A stretch of 64,000 nt of DNA from Pelagibacteraceae bacterium (GTDB lineage Bacteria; Pseudomonadota; Alphaproteobacteria; Methylaequorales; Methylaequoraceae), in NCBI GenBank assembly GCA_042090305.1, contig JBELJQ010000005.1, forward strand, positions 527-64,526, given 5' to 3'. How positions within the stretch are numbered: the first letter of the stretch is position 1; every line of letters begins with the position of its first letter. Positions 39,340-49,436 of this stretch are shown here, in pieces. The position numbers were made by a program, and so were the translations under genes. Below the pieces are notes generated by a model that worked only from the letters and a program-made list of their open reading frames with translations, did not search any database and was not told the origin of the DNA.

Positions 39340-39733
39340 AAAATTAGGAATAGACCAACTAAAGTTTTCTAGAGGAAGCAAGATTTACTCCAAAGGAGAG
39401 AAGGCACATTTTGCATATTATGTTCATTCTGGAAAGGTAAATATTTACAGTCCTGGTGGCCTGCTTTTAGGCCAAATTGGAGAAGGGGAAATTTTTGGGG
39501 AAAGAGGACCATCTCTAGATGAGTCAAGGTCAGTATCAGCAGAGGCTTCAACAAATTGTATTCTTTACCCAATAAATGAGAAAACAATAAAAAAAAAAAT
39601 TAAGGAAGCTGACCCTGTTGTTAGAGCAATAATGAGGAGCTTGCTAATTAGGTTGAATGACATAAATATGAAAAGTGAAGATTTTTGGAGAAGTTTAAAT
39701 GTAATGACTTCAATCTCCGAAGATAAAGACTAG
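39329..39733 (+). CDS. Stand-alone cyclic-nucleotide-binding (CNBD) protein without HTH
   Basis: IYSKGE, YYVHSGKV, GEIFGE...RSVSA phosphate-binding cassette, C-helix; 134 aa; overlaps the upstream stop by 11 nt. Confidence 0.88.
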   Translation: MEVKKLGIDQLKFSRGSKIYSKGEKAHFAYYVHSGKVNIYSPGGLLLGQIGEGEIFGERGPSLDESRSVSAEASTNCILYPINEKTIKKKIKEADPVVRAIMRSLLIRLNDINMKSEDFWRSLNVMTSISEDKD

Positions 39734-41010
39734 AGTGTATTCTTTCCTTGCCTGTGCAGGGTGTTTTCTTCACCTTGTACTAAGTTCCAAAATTCTTTCA
39801 TATAGTCATCACCGAATCTACTGATGCTGAACTTTTTATAATCAAATTTTTTAGTGATATTATTTTCGTTCATTATTTCCTCAGCTACTGATTCTCCTAG
39901 GACCGGTGAATATTTCATAGCTTGTCCTGACCCTAGGTTGTGGTAAAGGTTTGAGTATTTTGAGTCTTCACCTAGGATAAATCTCAAATCTGGAGTAATA
40001 TCAAAAAAAGACCGGTAACCGGAAGCATAAACTGTTTTGTCAATGTTAGAGAATCTCTTTTTTGAAATATCTTCGTAGTTTTTTATTTGATTATACGCTA
40101 GTGATTGATTCATAGGCTCATTCAAGTATTCACCACCACTTACAGATGTAAGATCGTTAATAAAATTTTTAGCAATTTCATAAACTGATCTTTTCCTTGG
40201 TTGGTGTGCATGCATTTTATTACCTCTCCATGATCTGAAGTAGCAAAGATTTGTATAGTCTGCAATTATTGGATATTCATATTTTATTTGGCGTGGACTT
40301 TCCATCCAATTAACAACAGATACAGGTTCAATTGTTACTGGAATTTTTAAACCAACTTTTGAGAAAAGTTGTGAGCTCCATGCTCCAGTTGCATTGACGA
40401 AGTTTTTAGCATCGAACTTACCATTATTAGTTGTACAGCTTAGAATTTGATTTCCTTTGAAAATAATAGAGTCAACTTCGGTTTTTTCAAACAAATCTAC
40501 TCCATTTTCATCTATAGCACTATAAAGAGTCGACCTTAATATACTTGGATCTAACTGAAATGCTGCTGGTTCGAAGAAATATGATTCTTGTTCATCTGTT
40601 ATTAAAGTTGTACCACACTTCGATATCGCAGATTTTGAATCAATTTCCTCAAAAGTTAAATTAATCTTTTTCATTCTTTCAGACAAGTTAGTCCAAACAG
40701 GGTTTTCACCTTCTTCGTTCTTTTTGGCTATCCATATGGCGCCAAATTCGTCAAGCTCAATGTCAAGACCCCAAATAGGTGAAAGGTTTTTCCACATTTT
40801 GGTGCTCAGTGAAGCCATCATAGATGCATCTGGATCAGCGTTAGCAGATCTTACAATTCCTGAATGTCTAGATGATTCGGCTGCGCAAAGTACAGCTTTC
40901 TCTATAAGACATACTTTTTCACCCTTACCAACTTTATTGAGTTTTCTCTGAAGAGATACTGCTGTAGCTGCTCCAAGGCATCCCCCACCAATTATTACTG
41001 TATGATACAT
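39730..41010 (-). CDS. FAD-dependent amine oxidoreductase (DAO/sarcosine oxidase beta-like)
   Basis: IIGGGCLG, SRHSGIVR, VNATGAWS, DITPDLRFILG, GQAMKYSP. Confidence 0.85.
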   Translation of the reverse strand: MYHTVIIGGGCLGAATAVSLQRKLNKVGKGEKVCLIEKAVLCAAESSRHSGIVRSANADPDASMMASLSTKMWKNLSPIWGLDIELDEFGAIWIAKKNEEGENPVWTNLSERMKKINLTFEEIDSKSAISKCGTTLITDEQESYFFEPAAFQLDPSILRSTLYSAIDENGVDLFEKTEVDSIIFKGNQILSCTTNNGKFDAKNFVNATGAWSSQLFSKVGLKIPVTIEPVSVVNWMESPRQIKYEYPIIADYTNLCYFRSWRGNKMHAHQPRKRSVYEIAKNFINDLTSVSGGEYLNEPMNQSLAYNQIKNYEDISKKRFSNIDKTVYASGYRSFFDITPDLRFILGEDSKYSNLYHNLGSGQAMKYSPVLGESVAEEIMNENNITKKFDYKKFSISRFGDDYMKEFWNLVQGEENTLHRQGKNTL

Positions 41011-41050
41011 ATTTTAATTTCTATATTTATTGTTATAAATAGAGGATAAA

Positions 41051-42466
41051 ATGTCAAATTCAATAAATTTTAATTTTAAAAAAAAAAGAAATGGTAGATT
41101 TACCTACTTGTATGTCTCTTTAAAAGAGCATAAAAAGTTTGATCTATTAAGTTTAACTCGTCGAAATTCGACTAAATACCCTTACTTTTTGGAAAGTTCT
41201 TCAAGTGGAAACAGTTCTAACAGAAGCTCCATAATGTTTTATTCTCCTAAAATTATATTACAAAAACCAAAAGGTGCCGATAGCAATTTCTTTAATGAAC
41301 TAAATGAACTATGGAAAAAAAATATCATTGAACAAAAAGATATATATCACGAAAATTTTAAAATTCCATTCTTTGGAGGGTGGTTTGTATATTTGGGTTA
41401 TGAGATGGTGAAGGAGATTGAAAGAAAACTAAATATACCAGAATCGCCTTATCTATTACCAGATGCATTTGCTTCAAGAGTCAGCACGGCAATAATATTT
41501 GATAATGTTGAAAAAAACTTATTTATTGTAACTGATAAATTTAAGGATTACGAAAAGGATTTTAATGATATTTTAAATGATATTAACTCTATAGATCACG
41601 AGGCGATAAATACATCTGAAAAAGGCTCAATTGAAATTATTAGTAAGGGGTCATCTGAGGAACATCAAGAGCAGGTTAAATCTTGTATTGATTACATTTA
41701 TCAAGGCGAAATTTTTCAGGCAAATTTATCAAGGCTCTGGAATTATAAAATTTCAGATAAAATTTCTGATGTTGAAATATATAAACAACTCAGAAAAACA
41801 AATCCCTCGCCTTTTTCTGGTTTAGTAAAATTTAATGATAGTACTATTATTAGTTCTTCACCAGAAAGGTTAATTTCAATAAATAATAAACATCTTCAAA
41901 CAAGACCTATCGCAGGAACCAGACCCCGTGGTGCTTCAGGAATTTTAGACATTCAACTTTCTAATGAATTGATTAACTCTGATAAAGAAAAAGCAGAACA
42001 TCTTATGCTTGTTGATTTAGAAAGAAATGATATTTCAAGAGTTTGCAAACCTGGTACAGTCAAAGTAGATGAGATGATGTCAATAGAATCCTATGCTCAT
42101 GTTCATCATATTGTTTCAAACATATGTGGTGAGTTAAAAGAGGAAATTTATCCGGCAGATGTTATTAAAGCTGTTTTTCCCGGAGGGACAATTACTGGTT
42201 GCCCCAAAGTGAGATGTATGGAAATACTTGGTGAACTTGAAAAAGAAGGTAGAGGACCGTACACAGGGTCAATAGGATATTTAACACATTCAGGTAATAT
42301 GGATTTTAATATATTAATTAGAACGATGTTACTGGAGAAAAATAAACTCTACTTTAGAGCAGGTGGCGGAATTGTTGCGGATTCTATTCCACAAAATGAA
42401 ACACTCGAAACGGAAGCAAAAGCTAATGGAATGTTAAAAGCGGTTGGAACTTTTATAAATGACTAA
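41051..42466 (+). CDS. pabB: Aminodeoxychorismate synthase component I (chorismate-binding, PabB/TrpE family)
   Basis: [68 protein letters not shown]; followed by pabC. Confidence 0.8.
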   Translation: MSNSINFNFKKKRNGRFTYLYVSLKEHKKFDLLSLTRRNSTKYPYFLESSSSGNSSNRSSIMFYSPKIILQKPKGADSNFFNELNELWKKNIIEQKDIYHENFKIPFFGGWFVYLGYEMVKEIERKLNIPESPYLLPDAFASRVSTAIIFDNVEKNLFIVTDKFKDYEKDFNDILNDINSIDHEAINTSEKGSIEIISKGSSEEHQEQVKSCIDYIYQGEIFQANLSRLWNYKISDKISDVEIYKQLRKTNPSPFSGLVKFNDSTIISSSPERLISINNKHLQTRPIAGTRPRGASGILDIQLSNELINSDKEKAEHLMLVDLERNDISRVCKPGTVKVDEMMSIESYAHVHHIVSNICGELKEEIYPADVIKAVFPGGTITGCPKVRCMEILGELEKEGRGPYTGSIGYLTHSGNMDFNILIRTMLLEKNKLYFRAGGGIVADSIPQNETLETEAKANGMLKAVGTFIND

Positions 42467-43343
42467 ATCTATTTCATTAATAAATGGAGAATTTAAGGAA
42501 ACAATATCGGTTTATGATAGAGGGTTATCCTATGGTGACGGTTTATTTGAAACTATGATTTGGCATAAAAAAAGTGGAGGTAAACCAATTTTTTTTGTTG
42601 AATATTGGAAACGTCACATAATGAGATTAATTAAAGGTTGTAAAATTTTAAAAATCCCACCGCCAAATTTGGATGTTCTTGAAAAATCTAGAAAAAAGAT
42701 ACTTAAGAGATCTTATATCGAAGGCTTAAACAATGGAATATTGAAAGTACTATTGACAAGGGGTGTTGGAGGTAGAGGTTATAAATTTGATCGCTCTATG
42801 AAACCAACAATGATATTCCAGGTTTTTCCTTATAAAAAACCTGAAAAAGAAAACTATTTGAATGGAGTAAATGTGAAATTTTGTAAGACGCAAATTTCAA
42901 CTAATGACAATATATACGGAATAAAACATTTGAATCGACTTGATTCAGTACTTGCAAGGTCTGAGTGGAAAAATAATTATTTTGAGGGTGTATTTAGTGA
43001 TCATAAAGGTAACCTGGTAGAGGGTACAATGACAAATATATTTTTTATAAAAGATAATATTCTATATACACCTAAGTTAAATTCAGCCGGAATTGATGGT
43101 GTGATGAAGAAAGTTGTTAAGGATAAAGCAGGTCTTTTTTTTAAAAAATTTGTCTCAAAAAAAATAAACATTGATGAAGTTGAATTTTATGACGGTATGT
43201 TTATTACAAACTCTGCTATAAAAATATTACCTGTCAAAAAATTAGGTCTAGTAAAGTTTAATATCACTAGAGAAATAAAAGGGATGATTGATTTTTATGA
43301 TTACCAAAATTCCAAGAGAGTTGATAATTTAGAACTAATCTAG
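42459..43343 (+). CDS. pabC: 4-amino-4-deoxychorismate lyase (class IV PLP enzyme)
   Basis: DRGLSYGDGLFET, RGVGGRGY, KHLNRLDSVLAR, EGTMTNIF, FITNS. Confidence 0.88.
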   Translation: MTKSISLINGEFKETISVYDRGLSYGDGLFETMIWHKKSGGKPIFFVEYWKRHIMRLIKGCKILKIPPPNLDVLEKSRKKILKRSYIEGLNNGILKVLLTRGVGGRGYKFDRSMKPTMIFQVFPYKKPEKENYLNGVNVKFCKTQISTNDNIYGIKHLNRLDSVLARSEWKNNYFEGVFSDHKGNLVEGTMTNIFFIKDNILYTPKLNSAGIDGVMKKVVKDKAGLFFKKFVSKKINIDEVEFYDGMFITNSAIKILPVKKLGLVKFNITREIKGMIDFYDYQNSKRVDNLELI

Positions 43344-43961
43344 TTCATATTTATCATTGATTTTTTTAAGAAAGCTCTGATCTATTTTCTCTATTTTTTT
43401 TAAATCCTCAAACTCTTTTTTCGCCAATCCTCTATTACCTAAATAACTTAATATATCTATTATTAATTCTCTTGATTTCAAGTCATTTGGATATGAAGTT
43501 TTCAATTTAGCAAGTAGCTTTAATGAGCTTTTAAACTGATCAGTATTTTTCTTTAGTATAGCATATTCAAATAGTAAATTTTTATCGAGAGGAAATTCTT
43601 TCAGACCCTTTTTAAAATATAAGTCTGCTTTTTGAGGATAACCACCTATACTGCAAGCTCTAGCAAGAACCAACCAACCCTCTTTATCCCTAGGGTTCTG
43701 TTTTAATTTTTCTTCTAAATAAATAATTAATCTATTGGGATCAAGATTTTCTAATCCATCATTTGAGTTAACAATATCTTCAACAATGATTTCATTATTT
43801 TCATAAAAGTGAAAACTTTCTACATTTCCTTTTAAAAAATAGATTATTGAAACTCCGAAAAAAAGAAAAAAAAAAGTAATGGATTTATTTCTTTGCCCCT
43901 CTGTTAAATAAAAAGATATAAGAAATATCACAATTATAATTGTCAGAACAAATATTATCAT
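43335..43961 (-). CDS. ccmI: CcmI/CycH-like TPR cytochrome c maturation protein
   Basis: Two N-terminal TMs; LKQNPRDKEGWLVLARA TPR; last gene of the ccm operon; TGATG overlap with ccmH. Confidence 0.72.
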   Translation of the reverse strand: MIIFVLTIIIVIFLISFYLTEGQRNKSITFFFLFFGVSIIYFLKGNVESFHFYENNEIIVEDIVNSNDGLENLDPNRLIIYLEEKLKQNPRDKEGWLVLARACSIGGYPQKADLYFKKGLKEFPLDKNLLFEYAILKKNTDQFKSSLKLLAKLKTSYPNDLKSRELIIDILSYLGNRGLAKKEFEDLKKIEKIDQSFLKKINDKYELD

Positions 43962-44335
43962 CAGCGCTTTCTGAAAAATATAAATACTAGAACAAAGATA
44001 AATATAAGTGGAGTAAGCCAAAGTGCTATAGTGTCAAATCTTACAGGAGGTGAGAAGAGAACAAAATCACCATATCTTTGATGAACGTATTTAATTATTT
44101 CTTTATTTGTCTTACCCTCATTAAGTAACTTTCTTACTAATTTTCTTAAATCCTTAGCCACATCTGCATTTGAATTCTGGATATCTTCATTTTGACAAAC
44201 AAGACACCTTAATTGTTCTCCAATTATCTTAGCTCTCTTTTCTAAATTCACATCACTTAAAATTTCATTGGGTTCGACACTAATTACTGAAAATGATTTT
44301 ATAAAAAAAGCAAAGAATATAAAAAAGAATTTCAT
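43961..44335 (-). CDS. ccmH: Cytochrome c maturation protein CcmH (CycL)
   Basis: LRCLVCQN, RYGDFVLFSPP, LWLTP. Confidence 0.95.
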   Translation of the reverse strand: MKFFFIFFAFFIKSFSVISVEPNEILSDVNLEKRAKIIGEQLRCLVCQNEDIQNSNADVAKDLRKLVRKLLNEGKTNKEIIKYVHQRYGDFVLFSPPVRFDTIALWLTPLIFIFVLVFIFFRKR

Positions 44336-44838
44336 AAGGAACTGTCAATTATATCTACTATTTTATCTATATTATTTTCTGTAATCGGTCCAATATGTCT
44401 ATAGAGTATTTGCCCAGATTTACTGACTATGAAGGTTTCTGGCAATCCATAAACTCCCCACTCAATACTTGTTAGACCGTCATTATCAAATCCAATTTTT
44501 TTGTATGGATTACCTTTTTTTTCAAACCATAACTTTATGTTTTCTAACGTATCTTTCTTTACAATTCCATAAATATCATAATTCTTACTTAAATTCATTA
44601 AGTGTTCGTGTTCTACTTTACAAGGGGGGCACCATGATGCAAAGAAATTTACAATCTTGATACCTTTGTATGATAAGTCTTGGTTTGAAAACGGTTTTCC
44701 ATTTAGGCCTTTTAAGATAAAATTTGGTATATCTTTAGAAATAAGATTCGATGGTACAGCTTTTGGGTCGTTCTTTAGACCTTTATAGAACAAAATGAAT
44801 GTAGATAAAAATATAACTACAATTATTAAGTACTTCAT
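44332..44838 (-). CDS. ccmG: Thiol:disulfide oxidoreductase CcmG/DsbE
   Basis: VNFFASWCPPCKVEH, WGVYGLPETF, GPI. Confidence 0.95.
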   Translation of the reverse strand: MKYLIIVVIFLSTFILFYKGLKNDPKAVPSNLISKDIPNFILKGLNGKPFSNQDLSYKGIKIVNFFASWCPPCKVEHEHLMNLSKNYDIYGIVKKDTLENIKLWFEKKGNPYKKIGFDNDGLTSIEWGVYGLPETFIVSKSGQILYRHIGPITENNIDKIVDIIDSSL

Positions 44839-46751
44839 TTTTTTAACCTTATAGAATTTGTAAATGATAGCATTCCTGCAGCTGCTAGAAAGAGAACACT
44901 AATCCAAATCCAAATAGTGTAAGGGTTATACCAAATTCTTGTTGTCCACTGTTTCCTCCCCTTATCTTTCTCGTTAACATCACCTAAGGCAATATACAAA
45001 TCCCCTAGCAAGGAAGAACTTATTGCTGCTTCAGTAGTAACTTGTTTTCCAGAATTATAAAATCTCTTTTCTGGTTGCATTAATTTTATCATTTGACCAT
45101 TTTTACTTATCTCAAATAAACCCATTTTACTAATATAGTTTGTTCCTTCTACATTCTTAACACCAAGGAATTTAACATCATAATTTTTAATTCTTATTAT
45201 CTCATCAATTTTTTGAAACTGAATTTTTTCCTCTTTTAAAATACTACTTCCAGTAATACCGATTACTAAGATACCTATACCCATGTGTGCAAGTACCTGA
45301 GCCAAAACTTTATTTGATATATAAAATTTTTTTTTAGTGGTTCTGCTCAATAATATAAAGAACTCATAAAAGGAACTTAGAATCAAACATCCACCTAAAA
45401 CAAAAAAGACTATGGATAATATAGGTCCTCCAAAATTTACATACCATATGAGCATCGAGGCGAAAAAAAGTAAAAAAATTAAATTTTTAAGCCTATTTAT
45501 TAAAAAATTTAGGTCATCTCTACCCCACTTTATAAATGGTCCTATTATCATTCCAACAATAAAAGGAATCATTATTGGTGATAAAATAGAATTAAAAAAA
45601 GGAGCGCCGACCGATAACTTTTTATCGAATACTACATTAGAAAAAATTGGATATATAGTACCTATAAGTACGGTTAATGTAAGAGAGAGCATAAATATAT
45701 TATTAATAGAAATGACCCCTTCCCTTGATAATAGACTAATCTGTTTTGAATTTTTGATATCAACTATGGATAAAAACTTGATAACTCCGAACAATGATAT
45801 GATGAACAGTAAAATAAGAATAAATAGCCCCCTACTTGGGTCATTAGCAAAGGCATGTACAGATACCAATACACCAGAACGAACGAGAAAGGTACCAAGA
45901 AGACTTAGAATGAAAGTGAAAATTGATAAAAATACTGTCCACTTATAGAACAATTGATTTTTTCTGGCTAGAAGTATTGTATGAAGTAATGTTGAAGCTG
46001 TTAACCAAGGAAGAAGAGACGCATTTTCAACTGGATCCCAGAACCAAAAACCACCCCAACCAAGCTCATAATAAGCCCACCAACTTCCAAGACCAATTCC
46101 AATAGTTAAGAAAGTCCATGATATAAATATCCATGGTTTTAAAACCATTATAAAATCAGAGTTTTTCTTATTACTGATTACAGCTAGTGTAATTGAATAA
46201 ACAATGGAAAAACCAACATACCCCAAATAAAGAAATGGAGGGTGTATTGCTAGACCAGGGTCTTGAAGCAATGGGTTTAAATCTGCCCCTTCTATTCTTG
46301 GCGGAAAGTCTCTTGAAAAAGGGTTGGAGGTTATTACCACAAAAAGACTAACAAGAAAAATTAGACTATTTTGTATTGTTAAAACGAATTCTTTGAATTC
46401 TTTATCTTTGATATTATTTAAAGAAAATAGAAAACCAAAAAAAGTCATTACAAGTAACCATAGTAGAATTGAACCCTCATGATTCCCCCAAACCCCGGTA
46501 ATTTTATAAATTAAAGGAAGTTGACTATTTGAATTTTTATAAATTACCTCTAATGAAAAATCAGAAATTATAAATGAATAAGTTAAGCACAGGAAGGATA
46601 GTAGTGTGAGAAAAAATGCCAGCCAACTTGACTTAATCTCGTTAACAATTGATAAACTCTTCCCTGAAAAACTTAATACTAGTTTGGCAAAGCTGAGTGA
46701 AGTTAAAACCAAAACCAGCCCAAGAGAAATTAGCCCAAATTCAGATATCAT
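44835..46751 (-). CDS. ccmF: Heme lyase CcmF
   Basis: WGNHEGS, HPPFLYLGY, WAYYELGWGGFWFWDPVENASL, VRSGVLVSVHAFA. Confidence 0.97.
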   Translation of the reverse strand: MISEFGLISLGLVLVLTSLSFAKLVLSFSGKSLSIVNEIKSSWLAFFLTLLSFLCLTYSFIISDFSLEVIYKNSNSQLPLIYKITGVWGNHEGSILLWLLVMTFFGFLFSLNNIKDKEFKEFVLTIQNSLIFLVSLFVVITSNPFSRDFPPRIEGADLNPLLQDPGLAIHPPFLYLGYVGFSIVYSITLAVISNKKNSDFIMVLKPWIFISWTFLTIGIGLGSWWAYYELGWGGFWFWDPVENASLLPWLTASTLLHTILLARKNQLFYKWTVFLSIFTFILSLLGTFLVRSGVLVSVHAFANDPSRGLFILILLFIISLFGVIKFLSIVDIKNSKQISLLSREGVISINNIFMLSLTLTVLIGTIYPIFSNVVFDKKLSVGAPFFNSILSPIMIPFIVGMIIGPFIKWGRDDLNFLINRLKNLIFLLFFASMLIWYVNFGGPILSIVFFVLGGCLILSSFYEFFILLSRTTKKKFYISNKVLAQVLAHMGIGILVIGITGSSILKEEKIQFQKIDEIIRIKNYDVKFLGVKNVEGTNYISKMGLFEISKNGQMIKLMQPEKRFYNSGKQVTTEAAISSSLLGDLYIALGDVNEKDKGRKQWTTRIWYNPYTIWIWISVLFLAAAGMLSFTNSIRLKK

Positions 46752-47196
46752 TAACCCTACTCTTTATCGATTTAATATTTTTTATTTCGGGAGGCATATA
46801 ATTCTCATCATGTTTAGCTAGGACCTCTTTAGCTGTTAATATATAGTTTTTGTCTAGCCTCCCCTCAACAACGACACCTTGGCCCTCTTTGAAGAGGTCT
46901 GGAAGAATACCTATAAATTTTACCTCAACTTCATTTTCAAAGTCTGTGACTACAAAAGAAACCTCTTCAACATTTTTTCCATTGAATTCAATTTGTGATT
47001 TATTAACACTTTCTTCTTTAACCATTCCTCCAAGCCTGATAAGGTTATCTAAGTTAAATTTACTACTGTGAATCTCTGTAGGGGAATAAAAGAATACAAT
47101 GTTATCCCTTAAGTTATAAAATATTATAGTTGTTCCTGTAAAAAGAAGAGACAAAAAAAACACCAAAGTAAATATTCTTTTATTTTTTTTTTTCAT
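46741..47196 (-). CDS. ccmE: Heme chaperone CcmE
   Basis: GILPDLFKEGQGVV, LAKHDENYMPPE (HxxxY). Confidence 0.97.
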   Translation of the reverse strand: MKKKNKRIFTLVFFLSLLFTGTTIIFYNLRDNIVFFYSPTEIHSSKFNLDNLIRLGGMVKEESVNKSQIEFNGKNVEEVSFVVTDFENEVEVKFIGILPDLFKEGQGVVVEGRLDKNYILTAKEVLAKHDENYMPPEIKNIKSIKSRVNDI

Positions 47197-47351
47197 TTTT
47201 TATTTAATTCATCGAAGTCATTTTCTAACCTCTTTAGTTTTAAAATACTATGAACTAAGATAATAACTAGTATGAAAAATACAATAATATAAGAGGTCAC
47301 CACGTAAGGTAGATGTTCTTTTGATTCAAGAAATTTTAGAAAATATTCCAT
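47193..47351 (-). CDS. ccmD: Heme exporter protein CcmD (52 aa, missed by the ORF track)
   Basis: Manual translation MEYFLKFLESKEHLPYVVTSYIIVFFILVIILVHSILKLKRLENDFDELNKK; one TM plus charged tail; ATG directly after the ccmC stop and ATGA overlap with ccmE. Confidence 0.85.
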   Translation of the reverse strand: MEYFLKFLESKEHLPYVVTSYIIVFFILVIILVHSILKLKRLENDFDELNKK

Positions 47352-48071
47352 TTAACTTAATTCCGTTGACCTAATTATATCAATTTTCCTCTGAAGGATT
47401 TCTGATTTGATTCTTATTAATGTAACTTGTATGGAAAAGAAGAGTAAAGCAAATGTCATCACAATTAAAGGCGTAAGCATTGATGGATCAATTGAGGGTG
47501 ATGAAAATTTAGAAATGCTTGCTGGTTGGTGAAGGGTATTCCACCAGTCTACCGACCATTTAATGATTGGTAAATTAATTATCCCAACTAAAGACAATAT
47601 TGCTGCATATTTATCTCCTTTAGTCTTATTTTCAAATGAATTGGATAATATAATTATTCCTAAATATAAGAACAATAAGACTAACTCAGAAGTTAGTCTA
47701 GCATCCCAAACCCACCAGGTTCCCCAAGTTGGTTTACCCCAGATAGAACCAGTAATTAAAGTTGCTAGAGTAAGAGAGGCACCAAGGGGAGCAAGAGCTC
47801 TAGATATTATATCGGCAAGTGTATGCTTAAAAATTAATGAAAAGAAACTACAAATAGCTATAGAACTGTAAAACATAAGAGAAAACCATGCGCAAGGTAC
47901 ATGGATATACATTATCCTTACAGTCTCACCTTGAAGGTAATCAGGTGGACTTTTAAAAAAACACAAAAATAATCCATAAGAGATAAGCAAAATAAAAAGA
48001 TAAAAAAGATAAGGTGAGATTCTATCGGAGAATCTTATGAATCTGTTTGGATTGGCAAGCTTAAAAATCAT
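47352..48071 (-). CDS. ccmC: Heme exporter protein CcmC
   Basis: YIHVP, WGKPTWGTWWVWDARLT, SVDWWNTLHQ. Confidence 0.97.
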   Translation of the reverse strand: MIFKLANPNRFIRFSDRISPYLFYLFILLISYGLFLCFFKSPPDYLQGETVRIMYIHVPCAWFSLMFYSSIAICSFFSLIFKHTLADIISRALAPLGASLTLATLITGSIWGKPTWGTWWVWDARLTSELVLLFLYLGIIILSNSFENKTKGDKYAAILSLVGIINLPIIKWSVDWWNTLHQPASISKFSSPSIDPSMLTPLIVMTFALLFFSIQVTLIRIKSEILQRKIDIIRSTELS

Positions 48072-48736
48072 TTATTAACCTCTTTTAAAATCATTTTTCC
48101 AGAGAAAAGTGCTATTGGTAATGTAATTAAAAAAAAACCAATTAAAATTAAAAATTTATTTAAATCTATAAGATCTGATGAATCATTAGAGTTACTAGCA
48201 GTTGTAAAAATAATTAATGGTATGTAGAACGGCATTATTATTACAAATTGTAGTACTTTACTTTGCCTTACTTGGATAGTTAATAGGTTAGAAATGATAG
48301 ATATTAGAATTAAGCTCGGGCTACCTAAGATTACATTAATACTTAGGCGTATTAGTTCTATTGAATTAAGGTTAAGAAGAATCGAACATATAGGAATTAA
48401 AAAAAAGTGAGGAATGATTAAAATTAAAAACATTACAACAGTTTTAGAAAATATGATTAACTCCTCAGAATAACCTAGATATTGAAGCTCTCTAAGACTT
48501 CCGTCTCTATAATCATTCATCAGAAAATTCTCTGAAATTAATATTATTGAAAAAAGCATTATTAACCAGACTATTGGGGAATAAAGTTCATTTAATTTTC
48601 CAATATCTGGACCTATTCCAAAAGTAAAAATTAACAAAGACATTAAAAAAAAGGAAGAGTAGCTTATAATTATAGAAATATTAACAATAGCAAGCTTTAT
48701 TTCTCTTTTAAGAAGTTTAATAAAGATATCTATCAT
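48068..48736 (-). CDS. ccmB: Heme exporter protein CcmB
   Basis: LLKREIKL, DYRDGSL, polytopic; between ccmA and ccmC. Confidence 0.85.
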   Translation of the reverse strand: MIDIFIKLLKREIKLAIVNISIIISYSSFFLMSLLIFTFGIGPDIGKLNELYSPIVWLIMLFSIILISENFLMNDYRDGSLRELQYLGYSEELIIFSKTVVMFLILIIPHFFLIPICSILLNLNSIELIRLSINVILGSPSLILISIISNLLTIQVRQSKVLQFVIIMPFYIPLIIFTTASNSNDSSDLIDLNKFLILIGFFLITLPIALFSGKMILKEVNK

Positions 48737-49401
48737 CTCAAAGAATCCCAACAATCATTACTTTCTTTAGATTGAGTATTAAATTTTTTTAATTTAATAT
48801 AAACATTTTTTGTATCTTTTATTTTTAGATCAATATGGCTGGCTAGTAAAATAGAGCCACCATTTTTTCTATGATTTAATAAAACATCTTTTAACTTTTT
48901 CATATTTTCCGAATCTAAACTGTTAAATGGTTCATCTAAAAGCCATAGGGTACATCTTGATAATAATAATTTTACTAATGAAACTCTTTTTTTTTGTCCC
49001 TGAGATAACTTACTTACAGGTGTATGTTTTAGTTGTAATAAATCGAAGAATTTTAGTTTTTCATCCAGTTTTTTTTGAGTAAATTCAGAAGATGAAAGTT
49101 CACTCCATAACATAAGGTTGTCTTGAACAGAAAAGTTTTCTTTAAAAGTATCAATAAAAGGAAGGTAAATAAATTTAAATTTTTTATTTTCACCAATTTC
49201 GTTTATATCACATCTATCGATTATTATTTTTCCAGAATCTGGTTTTATTAACCCAACAATCATGTCCAACAAACTTGTTTTACCGGAACCATTTTTCCCA
49301 ATAAGTGATGCTATTTCAGATTTTTTTAATTTAAAATCAAAATTTTTAAATATTCTTTTTTTATTTCTAAATAAACTTATTGATATAATTTCTAAAATCA
49401 T
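48733..49401 (-). CDS. ccmA: Heme exporter ATP-binding protein CcmA
   Basis: GKNGSGKTS, LSQGQKKR, LWLLDEPF, SH. Confidence 0.92.
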   Translation of the reverse strand: MILEIISISLFRNKKRIFKNFDFKLKKSEIASLIGKNGSGKTSLLDMIVGLIKPDSGKIIIDRCDINEIGENKKFKFIYLPFIDTFKENFSVQDNLMLWSELSSSEFTQKKLDEKLKFFDLLQLKHTPVSKLSQGQKKRVSLVKLLLSRCTLWLLDEPFNSLDSENMKKLKDVLLNHRKNGGSILLASHIDLKIKDTKNVYIKLKKFNTQSKESNDCWDSLR

Positions 49402-49436
49402 GAAAATTGTATATTTATTTAACAATAACATAGACA

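Noticed and set aside
41051-42466. Calling this gene trpE (anthranilate synthase)
   Set aside because: It is directly coupled to a PabC-type lyase and no trp genes are adjacent, so PabB is preferred, though the families cannot be separated with certainty by eye.
37963-43343. Block as a prophage or mobile element
   Set aside because: No integrase, transposase, structural genes or att repeats; composition looks like the flanks. At most a domesticated remnant.
45412-45948. 178-aa plus-strand ORF
   Set aside because: Lies entirely antisense to ccmF and has no motifs; a shadow of a hydrophobic, T-rich membrane-protein gene.
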